Positions 38,301 through 51,535 of a stretch of DNA of 64,000 bases are shown piece by piece. Position 1 is the stretch's first letter. The number at the start of each line of letters is the position of its first letter. The stretch is from Octopus bimaculoides. Lineage: Eukaryota. Location of the stretch: positions 32,295,192-32,359,191 of the forward strand of contig NC_068998.1 in NCBI RefSeq assembly GCF_001194135.2, read 5' to 3'. A program made the translations under genes and the position numbers. The notes under the pieces were generated by a model, which worked only from the letters and a program-made list of their open reading frames with translations, had not been told where the DNA came from and made no database searches.

Positions 38301-39164
38301 GTTGCTAGTAGTGTTGGTGGTGGGGTGGTTGCAGAGGTTAGTATCATTTTGACATTTTTGTCTATTTCAACAACTTTTGGGGATTTACTGCTAGAAGGAA
38401 AAAATGCACTTCTTTCTGTGCTGAAGAAATTATTTTGCTTCAAACATCAAACCAGACAAATTGTTTGATGGGAACATTTCATGTAAATATAAGCTAGGTG
38501 GGGCATAACCAAACAAAAAATGAAAAAAAAACAAGAGAAAAAGGGAAATGAAAAAAGAAATTGTATTTAATGTCTTTGAGGAAAAGACTGCTGTCCTTTG
38601 TAAAGACAGGAAGAACAAGGGAAAAAAACAATGGAAAGAATAAAATTATGGTTGTTCAGAGGTTTGCCATATTGGAATAGTGAGCAGAAGGTCAAAAGTG
38701 AAGAAGTTACTTGGGCAAAGAAGAGAGATAAGAAAACGAAGTAAGCAAGTCAAATGGTAAAGGATAGTGTGTGGAATAAAGAGGTCTGTATGCCTTGGAG
38801 AGTGATGGTGCAGGTAAGCTTCTGTAAGGTGGTGGGAATAAAATAAATGAAAGAAATTATGTTAAAGTATGTGTGGGAGATAGAAAAGAGAGTTAAGTAT
38901 GAACAATGTTGTAGCACGTGTATCGGTTGAGTAAGGCATGATGTTAGTGGATAATATGTGAAAGGTGTGGGCTAGGGTATAGGTATGTGGAAGATGAGTA
39001 GTACAGTGGATGTGAGTGTATATGAGTAATAAAGATAAGTGGTATGGAACAGTGGTGGGGAAATATAGTCTGTGTGGTTATCAGGTGTGTATATGCTTGC
39101 TTAAAAGGAAAGCAAATATTTTCTTAAGAGAAGCAGGAAAAAGCTGTGTAAGTAGAAAATATTA

Positions 39165-39760
39165 ACAATGTAGCTAAAAAAAGAAGGTATCATGGAGTTG
39201 TGTAATCCTACAAATGGTGAGACGCAGGTAGGAATATCCTAGAGAATTGATGTGATATTCCACAGTGGTCTGGTGTTGTTGCATTGGATCTCCCAGAGCT
39301 TCATTGAAATGACCAGCAAAAAAAAAAAAATGATAATCTGATAACGAACCATGCAATGAATTGTATCTTGTGAGATGTGATTGAAGTCGTTCATAACATG
39401 GATCATTTTCTTCATGCATCTGCAACAAATAGCAGATGGAAATCTGTTGGGTGAGGTTAGCCTTATTCAACTCATGTGGAACCCAAACATCAAGCATGTT
39501 AATGTAACCAAGTTGATGCAAATGATTTTCAAGTCAGTTTGGATATTTGAAGAATATCTGTGATTATTGTGATTGTATAACAGGAGCTGGTATTGACTCA
39601 CTCCTTTTTTTGCTATTAATCTCAGTTGAGCAACCAGAGCAAGGTGCCTCTTGAACTGTAAAATTCCCTGATTGAAATCTTGAAAACTATTTCTGGCATA
39701 ACATGTCCCATAACAGCATCCACTCTGTACAGAGTACATATTTACAGGCTTCTATCACTT
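39165..39760 (-). mobile_element. Mariner 5'-half relic
   Basis: 'LGYINMLDVWVPHELNKANLTQQISICYLL...ENDPCYERL' (WVPHEL motif). Confidence 0.9.
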
Positions 39761-40139
39761 TGCCTTTCTTAAAATAACAAAAGCATGATGTGATAATAAT
39801 GTCTGCTTTGGCTCTCCATTTTTAGGGTGATCCCAAGTACACAAAAATACAACCTGTCCCTCTGTAAGTTCATGTTGAACTATGTTGAAGAATCAAGGAT
39901 CTAATGAGTGTTGGTGCTAGGGACATATTGAAGTTAGCTACTTAGTAGAGGGCTTGAAGTTTAGTGTCAACAAAAACTAAACAGACATTTTGGCCAACCT
40001 GATATATCTATCTGTCTGTCTGTATGTATGTATGCATGTCTGTTTGTATGTATGTATCTGTGAGTGTGTGTAAGTTTTTGTTTTCATGTCTTGACATTAC
40101 AGGATTGTTGTAAATGAGTGTCATTTTCATACAGACAGT

Positions 40140-41200
40140 ATGCGAGGTGGTATCAAGAAGTTCCCAGGCTAGTTATGTTTAATAAAAAAAAAACTTATTT
40201 ACCTAAATTTTAACATCATCTCCTTAGAAATAGTTACTTTGTGCAGCAATAAACTGGTTCCGGTGTACCTGCCACTTTTGGAATCTCACCTGGAAATCGT
40301 CTTCCATAAGTGAGTCAAGGACCTTTGAGCTGCATTTTCATTTTGAGGAAGAGATGGAAGTCTGCAGATGCTAAATCTGGTGAGTAGGGTGGGTGAAGAA
40401 GTGATACCATGTTGTTTTTGGTGAGAAACTCATGAGTGAGGAGAGCATGGTGATGGTGTATTGCCGTGAAGAATTCAATGCTTCATGCTCTGCAGTTCCA
40501 GTTGCTTTCACTGAATGTCCTCTCACAAATGCTTCAAAACGTTGCAGTTGAACTCTCGATTGATGATCTGGCCTTAGGGAACAAATTCTCGATACACAAT
40601 ACTGCAGATGTCAAAAAGAAATGATGAGCATGCTTTTGATTGAGCTGTGGCTCTATTGTGCCTCCTTCAGTCATGGAGATGAAGGTCTTTTCCATTGTGA
40701 GAACTGCCAATTCATCTCAGGGTCGTATCTGTAGACCCAACTCCCATCACCAGTGATGATCCTTAACATGAAAGATGGGTCATCACTGCCATACTGACAG
40801 AGATCTTGACAAAATTCATTGCAGTGTTCTTTCTGCTCAGTGGTCAGCAGGCAGGGTTCAAACTTGGCAGAGACATGTCACATGTTCAAATCAGACGTTA
40901 GGATTGCCTAATGGACTCATACGACACACCCATATGACAGACCAACAACAGCAATGTTATTGACTGTCCTCTGATGATCTTCATGCACATGCTGATGAAT
41001 TTTCACCACATCTCCAGTGGTGCTGCTCATGGCAGGTCATCCAGATCACACATTGTCTTCCAAGGATGCTCTTCTGCTTTTGAAGTGCCTGTGCCACTCG
41101 AAACATTGCGTACAACACATTGCCTCATCACCATAAGCTTGCTTGCTGAATCATGCTCAATGTCTTCACTTTTAAATATTCATCTGCCTAACATTTACAC
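40140..41200 (-). mobile_element. Decayed mariner element
   Basis: Minus strand 'EFLTKNNMVSLLHPPYSPDLASADFHLFLKMKMQL'; TIR-like 'cgaggtggtatcaagaagttccc' at 40143. Confidence 0.9.
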
Positions 41201-42127
41201 TACTTCAGTTAAGCAATACAAAGCAATATATTACTAATTGTTGGCACTGAAAATCTAAAAATACATGAACAATGCTAAAATTTGCTTTTTATGTATATTG
41301 TCTTTATACATATGTTTGCATCACTCTTCTTATGACTGAATCTATGTTGTTTGTAATATCAGTTAATTGACCATTAAATAAGGCTAGTCATTCCATCTCC
41401 AAATTTAAACCTTGCACTTCACATACGAAGTAGGTGGAAGTCTTATTAGGATCAAGAGGAATTTCTGTTTCTTCATGGATATTTTCAAATATAAGAAAAA
41501 ATAAAAGAACAAATCTTTGACAGAAAAGTTTTTTAATATTTTCTATGGTTAGGTGCTCTTTCAGCTTCTTTTACTGATTTAATTTGGTGGATTGTCACCA
41601 TTGTAGACACTATTTTCAAGGGTTTAGTTGATCATGTATGTTCAATTTTGTATAGTTCAATTTTGTCTGAGTGGCAAAAAGCAAAGCTGACTTCAATGTA
41701 ATGTAAAGGTATTGTTTTACAAAATGCTGATTATGCTATCCCCAGCCAATATAAATGAATGCATATTTGATTGGCTTCTACATAGTTTTCTCCAGCTGAA
41801 TTCAATTCATAAGATTTTCATCTACTTAAGATTAGATGTGCAATGAGATTGAAATTGAAATTACATGATTGTAATGTAGAAACATAAAATATATAGCTAT
41901 GCCCTATTTTAATCATATGATCCACAAGAATGACTATGGCTGGGATTTGTGATATGATTAATAGTTGTAGGTCGATTTCTACAGGAAGAAGAATGATTTT
42001 CTGGGAAGGCATTATTGTGCATAGTGGTTAGTGTGGGGCCTAGTGGGTGGACACAATACCAACGACAAGAAAAGGATAGATGTAAAAGTAGGCTAGGCCT
42101 TATTTTTGTTGGGTATGGTGCCTAGTG

Positions 42128-42218
42128 TAAAGCCTTGATGAAAAAATTGGGTATTTGTACATGTGGGCTCCATTCCCACATGTGCTATACCCATTTTTTT
42201 TTTGTTATCAAGGGTTTA
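42128..42218. repeat. Imperfect long hairpin / palindrome
   Basis: taaagccttgat...tgggta..tacatgtggg [ctccatt] cccacatgtg..taccca...atcaagggttta. Confidence 0.8.
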
Positions 42219-42389
42219 TATGCCCCAATATTAGACTGTTTTCTTTAAACAATATTTGGTGAACATTTATAAGCTTAAGCTTATAATTATTATTTACAGT
42301 ATGTGCATGTGTATTTGTGTATGAGTGTGTGTGCATTTTTGCATGTGTGTGTGGGTGGGGTGTTGGGGGGGTGCGTGTAACCCATGAAT

Positions 42390-42710
42390 GTAGGTATACC
42401 TGTGGGGTTAAGAAGTTTGCTTTCCAACGATATAGTTCTGGGTTCAGTCACACTGATTGTTACTTTGAGCAAGTGTCTTCTTGCATGGCTTTGGGCGACC
42501 AAAGCTTTGCGAGTGGGTATATTCCGTGGAGCTTTAAAAAAGCATATTATCTATCTTCAGTGAAAATCATGTCGAACCATGGGAAAATATTACCTTGTTT
42601 AAAAATAGATGGTTTGCAGCTGAAAGAGCACCTAACCATAGACAATCGACCTAAACAAATTCCTACTCATGTAATCATGGAAAAGTGAATGTTAAAACGA
42701 TGAAGGTGGT
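42390..42710 (+). mobile_element. Decayed SINE / composite repeat
   Basis: tRNA-like head 'gttaagaagtttgctttcc...gggttcagtcacactg...gcaagtgtcttc'. Confidence 0.65.
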
Positions 42711-42803
42711 GATGAAGTTGGTCAGGAAGATAATGAAACCTATAGTTAAATATATTTGTATGCATACATATACATATGTATAAAACACATGCATGCATAA
42801 ATG

Positions 42804-42886
<83 letters not shown>

Positions 42887-43311
42887 TTATTTATATAACT
42901 TAGTAGAACTATAGAGACAGGATACATTACATACTAATTTTCATTTTGACACATATCAGTTTTCTTATATTCTTGCAGACTGTTTATCCCCTGAAATATA
43001 TATATATATATATATATTCTAATGAAATTGCCACTTTAGCAGAAAGATATCTAGATGGGTTCAGACTTGCAGCCTTATGCCTAATGGTGTGATTTTTCAC
43101 ATTGCATAGGTCCCATTCTAAATATCTATGCACAAATAGGTATTTCTGGTTGAAATATATTTAGAATTCAAAACAACTAATGGCTACTTTTGTCTTAACA
43201 TGCTAATATCCATTTATGCTAATCATGGTTCACATGTATCTGTTCTTTGTTAAACAATAGAAGGAATGTTTTCTAGGTGAAGTAGCATTCTCTTTTGTGT
43301 TTTTTTTTTTT

Positions 43312-43312
<1 letters not shown>

Positions 43313-43349
<37 letters not shown>

Positions 43350-43390
43350 ATAGTAGTAGTAGTAGTAGTAATAGTAGTAGTAGTAGTAGT
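43313..43390. repeat. (TAG)n microsatellite
   Basis: Directly visible. Confidence 0.95.
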
Positions 43391-45124
43391 TTATTCAATT
43401 TTACTATGCATTTCCTTCTCATTATTGGCCAATTTTATTCTTCCAGACATTGTTCTGTGAAGAATTGATGTAGAATTAATGATAATATTTCATGTTCACT
43501 GCATCTTATAAACACTCTAAGCAATGCTAAACAGCAATATGACTGTTTATAACAGCAACAACAACAACAATAATGATGATAACAACAACAACAACAAAAA
43601 TAATGATAATAATAATAACACCAACAACAAGAAATAAGATTATATTTCCCTTTTATTTTACATAAATGATTTCTTACTCAACTTATTGATATATTCAAAA
43701 TTGCATAATGCATAAATCACTCACACATATGTATATATGTATGAATGCATATACACCCATCAACACCTACAGATATAGACACACATTCCCACATACTCCC
43801 CACTACCATCATTGACACACACAAAGTTTTATTATAAAATATCAAGTGACTGCTAAATGATTAGATTCTAATTCAACATGATGTAGAATTTAGATTCATT
43901 CTTGTTTCTTTAGATTAAGGTTTTGCAGAAGCAGTTTTGCATAGTTACTATTTTTAATTTGATTATTGTTTCAAAACTTTTCTCTAAAACTGTGAAATAC
44001 AATCCTTATTAACTAATATATGAAATCCTTATAAACATATATATAAGATTTGCTTTGCATTAATTTACAGAAATACACAACCATTTTGCATCATAATTCT
44101 CTTCCTTACAGCAAATTCTTAAGAGCCTCTTCTTTGCCTTCATTTTAAAATGGCTACAATTTAAACTGCTGACCAAATATTTCTATTATTTTAACTTTAC
44201 TGCAAGAAGTTTGTCAATTGATTTTACTTATATATAATTATATTTTCATTGGTTTTAAGTTAATATCATTTTTTGATGAATTGTTAAACATTCAAACAAA
44301 TTTGGCAGTTTACTATATTGCTGAAATTGCATCTCACTGTGTCGCTCATATATGGAGCAAACACTTCAGTGCTGAAGATGCTGCTATATTCCATCTCTGA
44401 ATGTGGAAGTTGGTGCCTTATGAGGCAGTGAAGCATTGATGGGTGGCTCAGTGAGCTGCCTCAAGCCACCCACCCATGTAGGTGACAAAATTCCTGCACA
44501 GCAACACAAACTTTGTTGAATCAGATGTTGTGACTTGGAGTAAGATGTTTCTACCACTCTCCATGCTTGCTTCATCACTCATTCATTCCCTTGAGCTAGA
44601 TGTAATGGCTTGCTTTCTCACTGGCTTCTGATAATTTTCTGGCAACATTTTCTCTCTCCTCATAGTTAGTCCAAGGCTCCTGAGCAATAAGTGACCTTGA
44701 TTCCAACAAATCTTCTCACACCTATCTCTACAGAAAGACATATTGCCCCCCGCTCCACTGATTTCACAAAGTTCAACCAATGCACTTAATAATTTCTATC
44801 TTTCCTATGTTTCATTATAACATTATTTCTTTTATTGATTTCATTTGGAAGATGTTGGGTATGCAAGACTTCCGTGAGCCTCTGAGGCTGGTAATATCAA
44901 TGGTTAACATTCCTCTTGAACAACTGTATGGCAGTGGATGCTGAAAAAAAAAACATATACAAGGAAGGAATACTAGAAGATTAAAATTCTGGGAAAGAAG
45001 GAATGACTGGGTATAATGGTTAGTGCGGGCCTTTAAGGGTGGTGTGATTAAGAAAATGAACAAGTCCAGGTTGTCTGATTGGAAGTGGCATATGGCCCAG
45101 CCAGCTCTGAGAGCTGAACCCCCT

Positions 45125-45187
<63 letters not shown>

Positions 45188-45188
45188 A
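45125..45188. repeat. (GTA)n microsatellite
   Basis: Directly visible. Confidence 0.95.
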
Positions 45189-46164
45189 TAGAATGGTTGA
45201 GTGGAAGAGTAAGATAGAATATTTGAGGGCCAGTAGTTAAAGTGTGTTGTTAGCAACTTCGTGTCAGCTTTTTTTTATGTAGGATAACTTATTTGGATGT
45301 ATTTTTATCAACTACTGTCAAAATAATTTGTTTATAAATGGATTAAGTTTCCAAATTTAAATTCTCACTTCAGGAGGATGATAAAATAAGTACCAGTCAT
45401 ATACTGAGATCAATTCAATAGACTATACTTCTCATTTATTTGGTCTTCTGCTAAAATTAATTATTGTAGTATTTTGTCAAGAATCAACACTTTCTAAGTG
45501 ACAGTATTTGACATCAAGGTCATGGCAATCTTTCTAATATAATTTTGTGAAAGCAATGTCATTAAATATTAATGATTTATTTCTATCCCTCATTTCCATT
45601 CTGAAATGTAATTTTGTCATTGGAGATTTCTTGTTATGTACAAATAAAGAATAGACATTCATGGCAAGATAAAATCTACATGGAACTATTCTTAATGATT
45701 TATAAAAATTGTTTAAAATATTTTATTCACTCACATACCTGTAACTACTTTTTCTTTAAAATATCTTAATCATATAGGTCTTTGAATGTTTAAGACAAAC
45801 TTGTATAGTTGTAATAGTTTGATATCTACTACACAAGTATACAATAGATGTAATGATGGAATCCACAATCTGTAGCACCCGTGATATTCTAACATTTAAA
45901 GTATAATATCATAATAATTTGCACTTGCTCTGCTATTCTTTATTCAGGACTAAATACAATAAAACATATTTTGTGAGCTTTGAAGTACAATACATAAGTG
46001 TTTTCTTATTTATTTCTTAAGGATATTTAAAAATTTAATGATTCTAATTATAGTTAGTTATAAAAGAAATTATGAAAAGGAAAATTAAATTAAAGTTTTC
46101 TAATTAATCATGGCAATAAAATTCATACCAATATGGGTCTTAAATGATAAACAACAAATGGGAT

Positions 46165-46625
46165 GCAGCATGACTGAATGGTTAAGATATTCTCTTCATT
46201 GTTTTAAGGTCCTGGGTTCAATCCCACTGCATAGCATCAGACACAAAGGTAAAACCATAGACTCTGATTGATCCAATCCTTGTGAACAAAAATAGGTAGA
46301 CAGAAGCTGTGGAAACCCATTGGATGGACTCTGCCTGAATATAGGTGTGTGTGTACATGTGTAGGTAGGTGGGTGTGTTTGTGGCCCTGTATCTTTATGT
46401 CATTTGATAGTTGTTAGTGAGTGTCACCATCCTATCAGTAGTGTTTGTTTCTAATCTTTCATGAAAACACATTCAGTTATTGGAAAATATTGCCTTGATT
46501 GGAAATAAGTTTGAAGTGGGGACAGGAATGGCATTCAGCTGTTGAAAATCTCAATGAATTCCATTTGCTTCCACAATGTGTGGAAAAGTGGATGTTAAAA
46601 TGTTGATATTAAAATTGATGATGAT
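46165..46625 (+). mobile_element. Decayed SINE
   Basis: 'gggttcaatcccactgcatagc...ggtagacagaagctgtggaaaccc'. Confidence 0.65.
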
Positions 46626-47799
46626 GCTTTGCTAGATTGAGCCAACTCAATTAGTAGAGTAGAGCATGATACACTTAATCTATTGCAAACATATTTCAAA
46701 TCAACTAATTAAATTTTAACTCCTCAATAAAAATTTGTCTTATGAAAGTTCTTAGAACCGTTGTGGAATAACAATGAAAGGAGAAAAAGCAAAACAAAAC
46801 AAATACATAAGCAATGTAGAAAGAGATTGTGTACCTTGTGACTGACTATTTGATAAACTGTGCAGTGTGAACTCAAACATGACTGATTTGTTTTTCACTA
46901 ACTTTGGAAGAAGTGATTTGAACTAACAAAGAATGAATAAATAAATTAATAAAAGAGAACAAACACAGATTTAGAAAATATTTTGTTGGGGACTTAAGAT
47001 GAATAAGATTTTCTTTGAATTTGATCAATATTTTCTCCTTGCCATTTTGTGTTGCTTTTCCATTAAATATATTCTTTACATTCTAGTTATCAAACATCTA
47101 AATTGTATTTTTCATAGATTAAACTTGTGTATTTTCATTTTCACACAAAACTCTCACAGATAGAAAGGAAAGCGTGGAGAAGTGTTGAAAGGAGTGTTGT
47201 TAGACAAAATATTCTCTTCTTGTTTTATACCTGACTAAACAAATGTATTGTTTTTGTGTAGATTCTTCATTTTTACAGAGTGAGATTTCTGCCTTTTTCT
47301 ACACAACTCTACTCTGATGAACTCTTCAAAGTTATCTAACATACTTTATTTTATTGATAGAATAGCTTTAGGGAATTGTTTTCATTTCATTTTATTTATC
47401 TAACATTTGCTATCTAAATATATGTTTTTAGGTTTTTTGCGGGGAGACAGAGAGAAGATGAGGAAGTGAGTGAGAGAAAGAGAAAGATTTCAAACAACTA
47501 TTTCCTTTTAACTTATTTCTTAAGATGGTCACTGTTACAGAATGTTCTTTACTCAACTGTCTCATTAGAGACCATTGATTTTACTGGCAGCAGTGAAATG
47601 TATTTCTATTTTCTTCTTATCAACTCTGATATCCACGCATTCCTGCACCTTTAGAAAATTACATAGGATTCTACTTTTTTTTCCTTTTGATAAAAAGCTG
47701 AATATAATCTCTTTTTCAAACTTAATTCTGTTGGACACTTTTGTATGGATGTAAAAATCCTGTAGCATTTGAAGTGAAATGGCAATCAAGCCACAAGTA

Positions 47800-47864
<65 letters not shown>

Positions 47865-47935
47865 CATTATTATTGTTATTATTATTATTGTATTTGTTGT
47901 TGTTGTTATTATTATTATTATTATTATTATCATTT
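47800..47935. repeat. (ATT)n microsatellite
   Basis: Directly visible. Confidence 0.96.
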
Positions 47936-48204
47936 TTATGTCTGAAAAACTATTTTGTTTATAATGGAACATAGCCATTTGAGCAAATACTTTATTATGT
48001 TTGTGTGCTTGTGTTCTTTAACTTTATCCTATTAATGCATACCCATTTTTCTGACATGCATTTTTAGATTTAAAAATATTTCTAAACCAGTTTTTGCCTG
48101 ACACACACAAAAAAAAGAAACAAAATAAAAATGCTAAGAAATAACCAATTGATGTCAAGTACACATGTAAGAAGTCACCATTTGTCTGAAGGCAATAGAT
48201 TTAC

Positions 48205-48281
48205 CTTTGCTGAAGGGACAACTTAATAGCTCCAATAATATACTGTCTAGCTTGAAGTTCAAATAATATTATTTGGCTTCT
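48205..48281 (-). CDS. Candidate internal exon (77 nt, phase 0-2) RSQIILFELQARQYIIGAIKLSLQQ
   Basis: Long pyrimidine tract tttctttcttttaaacattAG, donor aag|GTAAAT, single open frame. Confidence 0.62.
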
Positions 48282-49734
48282 CTAATGTTTAAAAGAAAGA
48301 AATTTTATCATATTCACCTTGTTTTCATTTGCTTACTTCTCTCTTTTCTCAAGCTAATTCTCTATTCTTATCTTCCCTTTTTCCATATCATATTTCTGTA
48401 TATAAATGTTGAACCCAAAGAACTTATTTTTCTTTATTCTGTTTGTTATCTAGTTTTTCTAACCTGCTTTTTCTTTTCATAAAATACAATTATTTGGAGG
48501 TTTCCACCAACCATACCAGTCTTTTCATTTATTTATCAAATCATCATAGAACATTTTTTTTTACCATATTTTATTTAATCTTTCTAGCTCTAGAGCTGTA
48601 AGCTATTTTTAATATGATATTACCTTTACCTTTTAACATTGCACATCGATATATTTATAGCAAAAAGCATGCTACCAAAGTGATAATCGTTCTAACAATG
48701 TTATATCATTTTTACTCTTGTTCTTTCATATCAGCTTTGCTACAATGCTGTGAACATCCACAATGTAAACTTCAAATAAATATACTGATCCTTTATTCTT
48801 GTATCTTGCTGATCTTTTGACTGTCTATGATACTGTTGAAAGAGTCTTTCATGAAAACTAAATAATATAACATGTAGGTAATACTCTTACATTTATTTTT
48901 GTTTGTTGATATCAAACAAAGGGAACAAATATATTGAATGATTTTTACTTTAACTAATGCAGGAAGTTCACTTTATCAGTTTGGTTTTGATGTAGAACAA
49001 AATACTACTGTAGTTGTGAGAATCACTTGAGCTGTACTTGGAACACTTTTGTGTAAGATCTATTCTCAATGAAAAATATCTCAATTTGAAACAGTTACAG
49101 AGTACAATTTGATAATTCTTTTAAAAATTTTACTTTTGATAACTTTTGAAATTGACACATCAGCTATGGCATTATTAAGAAAGATATTATATTTTTAATG
49201 CTTTTGGCTTCAGCAAGTCTGGATTTATTCAAACTTTAATTTGCAAATATTCAGTCATGAATACCAATTAGAAATGAAATCTCTACAACTATGTATTTTA
49301 AATAATATAAGAAATAAAAGTTAAAGATATGTTATAAACTTATCTCAGTAGAGAAATCCTATTCATTTATAGAACAAATTTGATATACATATATATATGT
49401 TAGCAATAGAATTCTTTTTTTTGATATAACATAGGTTGTATGGTTTTATATATTAATCGTTTTTATATTTTGAATAATATGATCAAAGGCGATTACATAT
49501 TAAATATTAAATCGAGTTACAGAAATGAAGTTCCCTTATAAACATATGGCATAAACATTTGACTTAACTTCTTGAAAACTCTCATCAGGCAAACACATTG
49601 ATGATGTATTTTCAAAATATTTCTTTTAGATACTGGTTCTAGGATATAACAACACTTGAGACTAATTAAATTTTGTATATCAACAAGAATAGCAAGAACA
49701 CAGAACAGTTCAAATCCTTGAACTGATTTTCTTG

Positions 49735-50900
49735 TAAAGGTATACGATCCTTTATCCCCCAAACCGAACATTTTTGCGGAGGTTGGAGCATGTCATAACA
49801 GGAGTTGTTTGGTGCACAAACAGCTGATCACCATGATCAGACTCACTCAGGTATGATGTGACAACACTTGGCAGGTCGGCTACCACTTACCACCAAGCAT
49901 CAGATGTGGTTGAGCACTTATAGAGAAGACATCCATTTGCTGTTTTGTTGTCTTCGTGTTGTTCTTATGACTATATATAATTTACCCTGTAAATGTCAAA
50001 AGGAACTGCAGATACCCCAATGGATAATAGTGACAACAACACACCTGTTGTGTGCATGAGTGATTGGGAAATTACTGAAATGGTGTTAAATATGTATAAG
50101 AATGAAGACAGTAGTGATGATGACATAGAGAACACTGCTGAAAAACTTCTTATGGACGATATAGTGAAAATTTGTGATCAGTTAATAGCTGGTCTTGATC
50201 AACGTGCATTTATCATTGAGCAACAGATTATGGGAGTTTGCTCAATTAAAGAGACATTGCTTAGACAGAAACCTATACTAATGAGACAGCTGGCACTTGA
50301 AGAAGTCTTCAAAAATACCCTGTCTCTTAGTGTTACTTCATCACTTGAGAATCTCGTTCCTGGTTCATCATCAGAAGTTTGCCTGCAACCTGATGACAAT
50401 GTTGGCGACACCGATGGACCCTGTTCTACAAATTATCCGCAGCTACACATTTAGCCTAGTTTGAACCAATTTCTGGCTCTAACAAATAAATAAACTGTAA
50501 TACCATTTATAGTCTTTCTTTATTCAAATTAGTGTGAATATTTAGGCACCTCTCTACAGAAATATTACAGTAATGTGTACACCTGTAAATGTGGTTCGTG
50601 TATTTTTGTTTTAAATTATCCTACTATATGTATTTTGTTATTTGTGACATTAATTATCTCACTATTTCATTTACCAGTATATTACTCTATAAATAAACTG
50701 TAATAATATTTGTAATTGTCTTTTTTTCCCATTGATCGTGAGGATGTGTACATGTGCTTTTGATACCATAATAGGATGTCTATTTTGATGTGTAGTTTAC
50801 AATCTGAGGCAGCTTGTTTTTTGTTCTGAAATCCAAAAGAATCTAAAATTCAGAACACAACTGTCCCCAAGGGTTCTGAATAAAGGATTGTGCACCTGTA
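49735..50900 (+). mobile_element. Tigger/pogo-family DNA transposon, internally deleted, retaining the transposase C-terminal ORF (49993-50454)
   Basis: Imperfect approx. 23-bp TIRs (taaaggtatacgatcctttatcc vs reverse complement tacaggtgcacaatcctttattc), TA ends. ORF 'PVVCMSDWEITEMVLN...CDQLIAGLDQRAFIIEQQIM..IKETLLRQKPILMRQLALEEVFK' resembles Tigger4/Zombi as I recall it. Confidence 0.82.
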
Positions 50901-51159
50901 GTAGTTTACTAGCAAAGAAAGATTTTCATTTTTACTTGCAAAGAATTGTAGACAAGTCAGGTCTGATGGCCTGCACAAGATCTCCTAGGTTGATGTGATT
51001 GATACTATTAATGTTCTGGGAAAACTGTTGAAAGTTGGCAGCTAAAAAGAAGACTTACAGGGAGGGATATTCCAGAGAAATGATATTCTGGTCAGGAAGA
51101 TTTTGTGAAGTTATGTACATATAAATATATAAATGTGTGTGTGTCTGTGTAAAGATGAT

Positions 51160-51206
51160 ACACATGGACTCGAGTTTCTGGGTGGTTACCCATTCTCAGC
51201 ATGTGT
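51160..51206 (-). ncRNA. Minimal type I hammerhead ribozyme, copy 1
   Basis: acacatg-CTGAGAA-tgggt aacc accca-GAAA-ctcga-GTC-catgtgt: 7-bp stem I, 5-bp stem II, palindromic stem III ACTCGAGT, GUC site. G8 reads A. Confidence 0.8.
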
Positions 51207-51489
51207 TAATCACCAGCTAGTGATGAAAACTCACCCCACTCGCAAAATACTATATGTTTTTCCCAGCGATGAAATAAGCTATATTAAATCTGAGTGAGAT
51301 GTAAACAGTAGCAATATGGAATTGTAACATACAATTGCCAACCAAGTGTGGCGTCCTATATGGGGCAGTGCTACTGACGTTTATAGCCCCAGGAAGACAT
51401 CTCCCCCAGATGGCTAACAACATGCATTCTGTGTCCGATTAATATTTGTAAGGGGAAGTCATCGCTCCCAACCCTAGCTTTATGTGATG

Positions 51490-51535
51490 CACATGGACTC
51501 AAGTTTCTGGGTGGTTACCCATCCTCAGTATGTGT
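51490..51535 (-). ncRNA. Minimal type I hammerhead ribozyme, copy 2
   Basis: cacata-CTGAGGA-tgggt aacc accca-GAAA-cttga-GTC-catgtg: intact core CUGAGGA/GAAA/GUC; innermost stem I pair mismatched. Confidence 0.83.

Noticed and set aside
38073-38468. 131-aa ORF with poly-Asp/His/Gln
   Set aside because: It is the translation of a compound GAT/CAT/CAA microsatellite with AT-rich flanks; no domain or splice support.
51170-51225. Resemblance of the minus strand to 5S rRNA box C (atgggtaaccacccagaaactc)
   Set aside because: The similarity is short and better explained by hammerhead stem II plus GAAA; the rest of 5S is absent.
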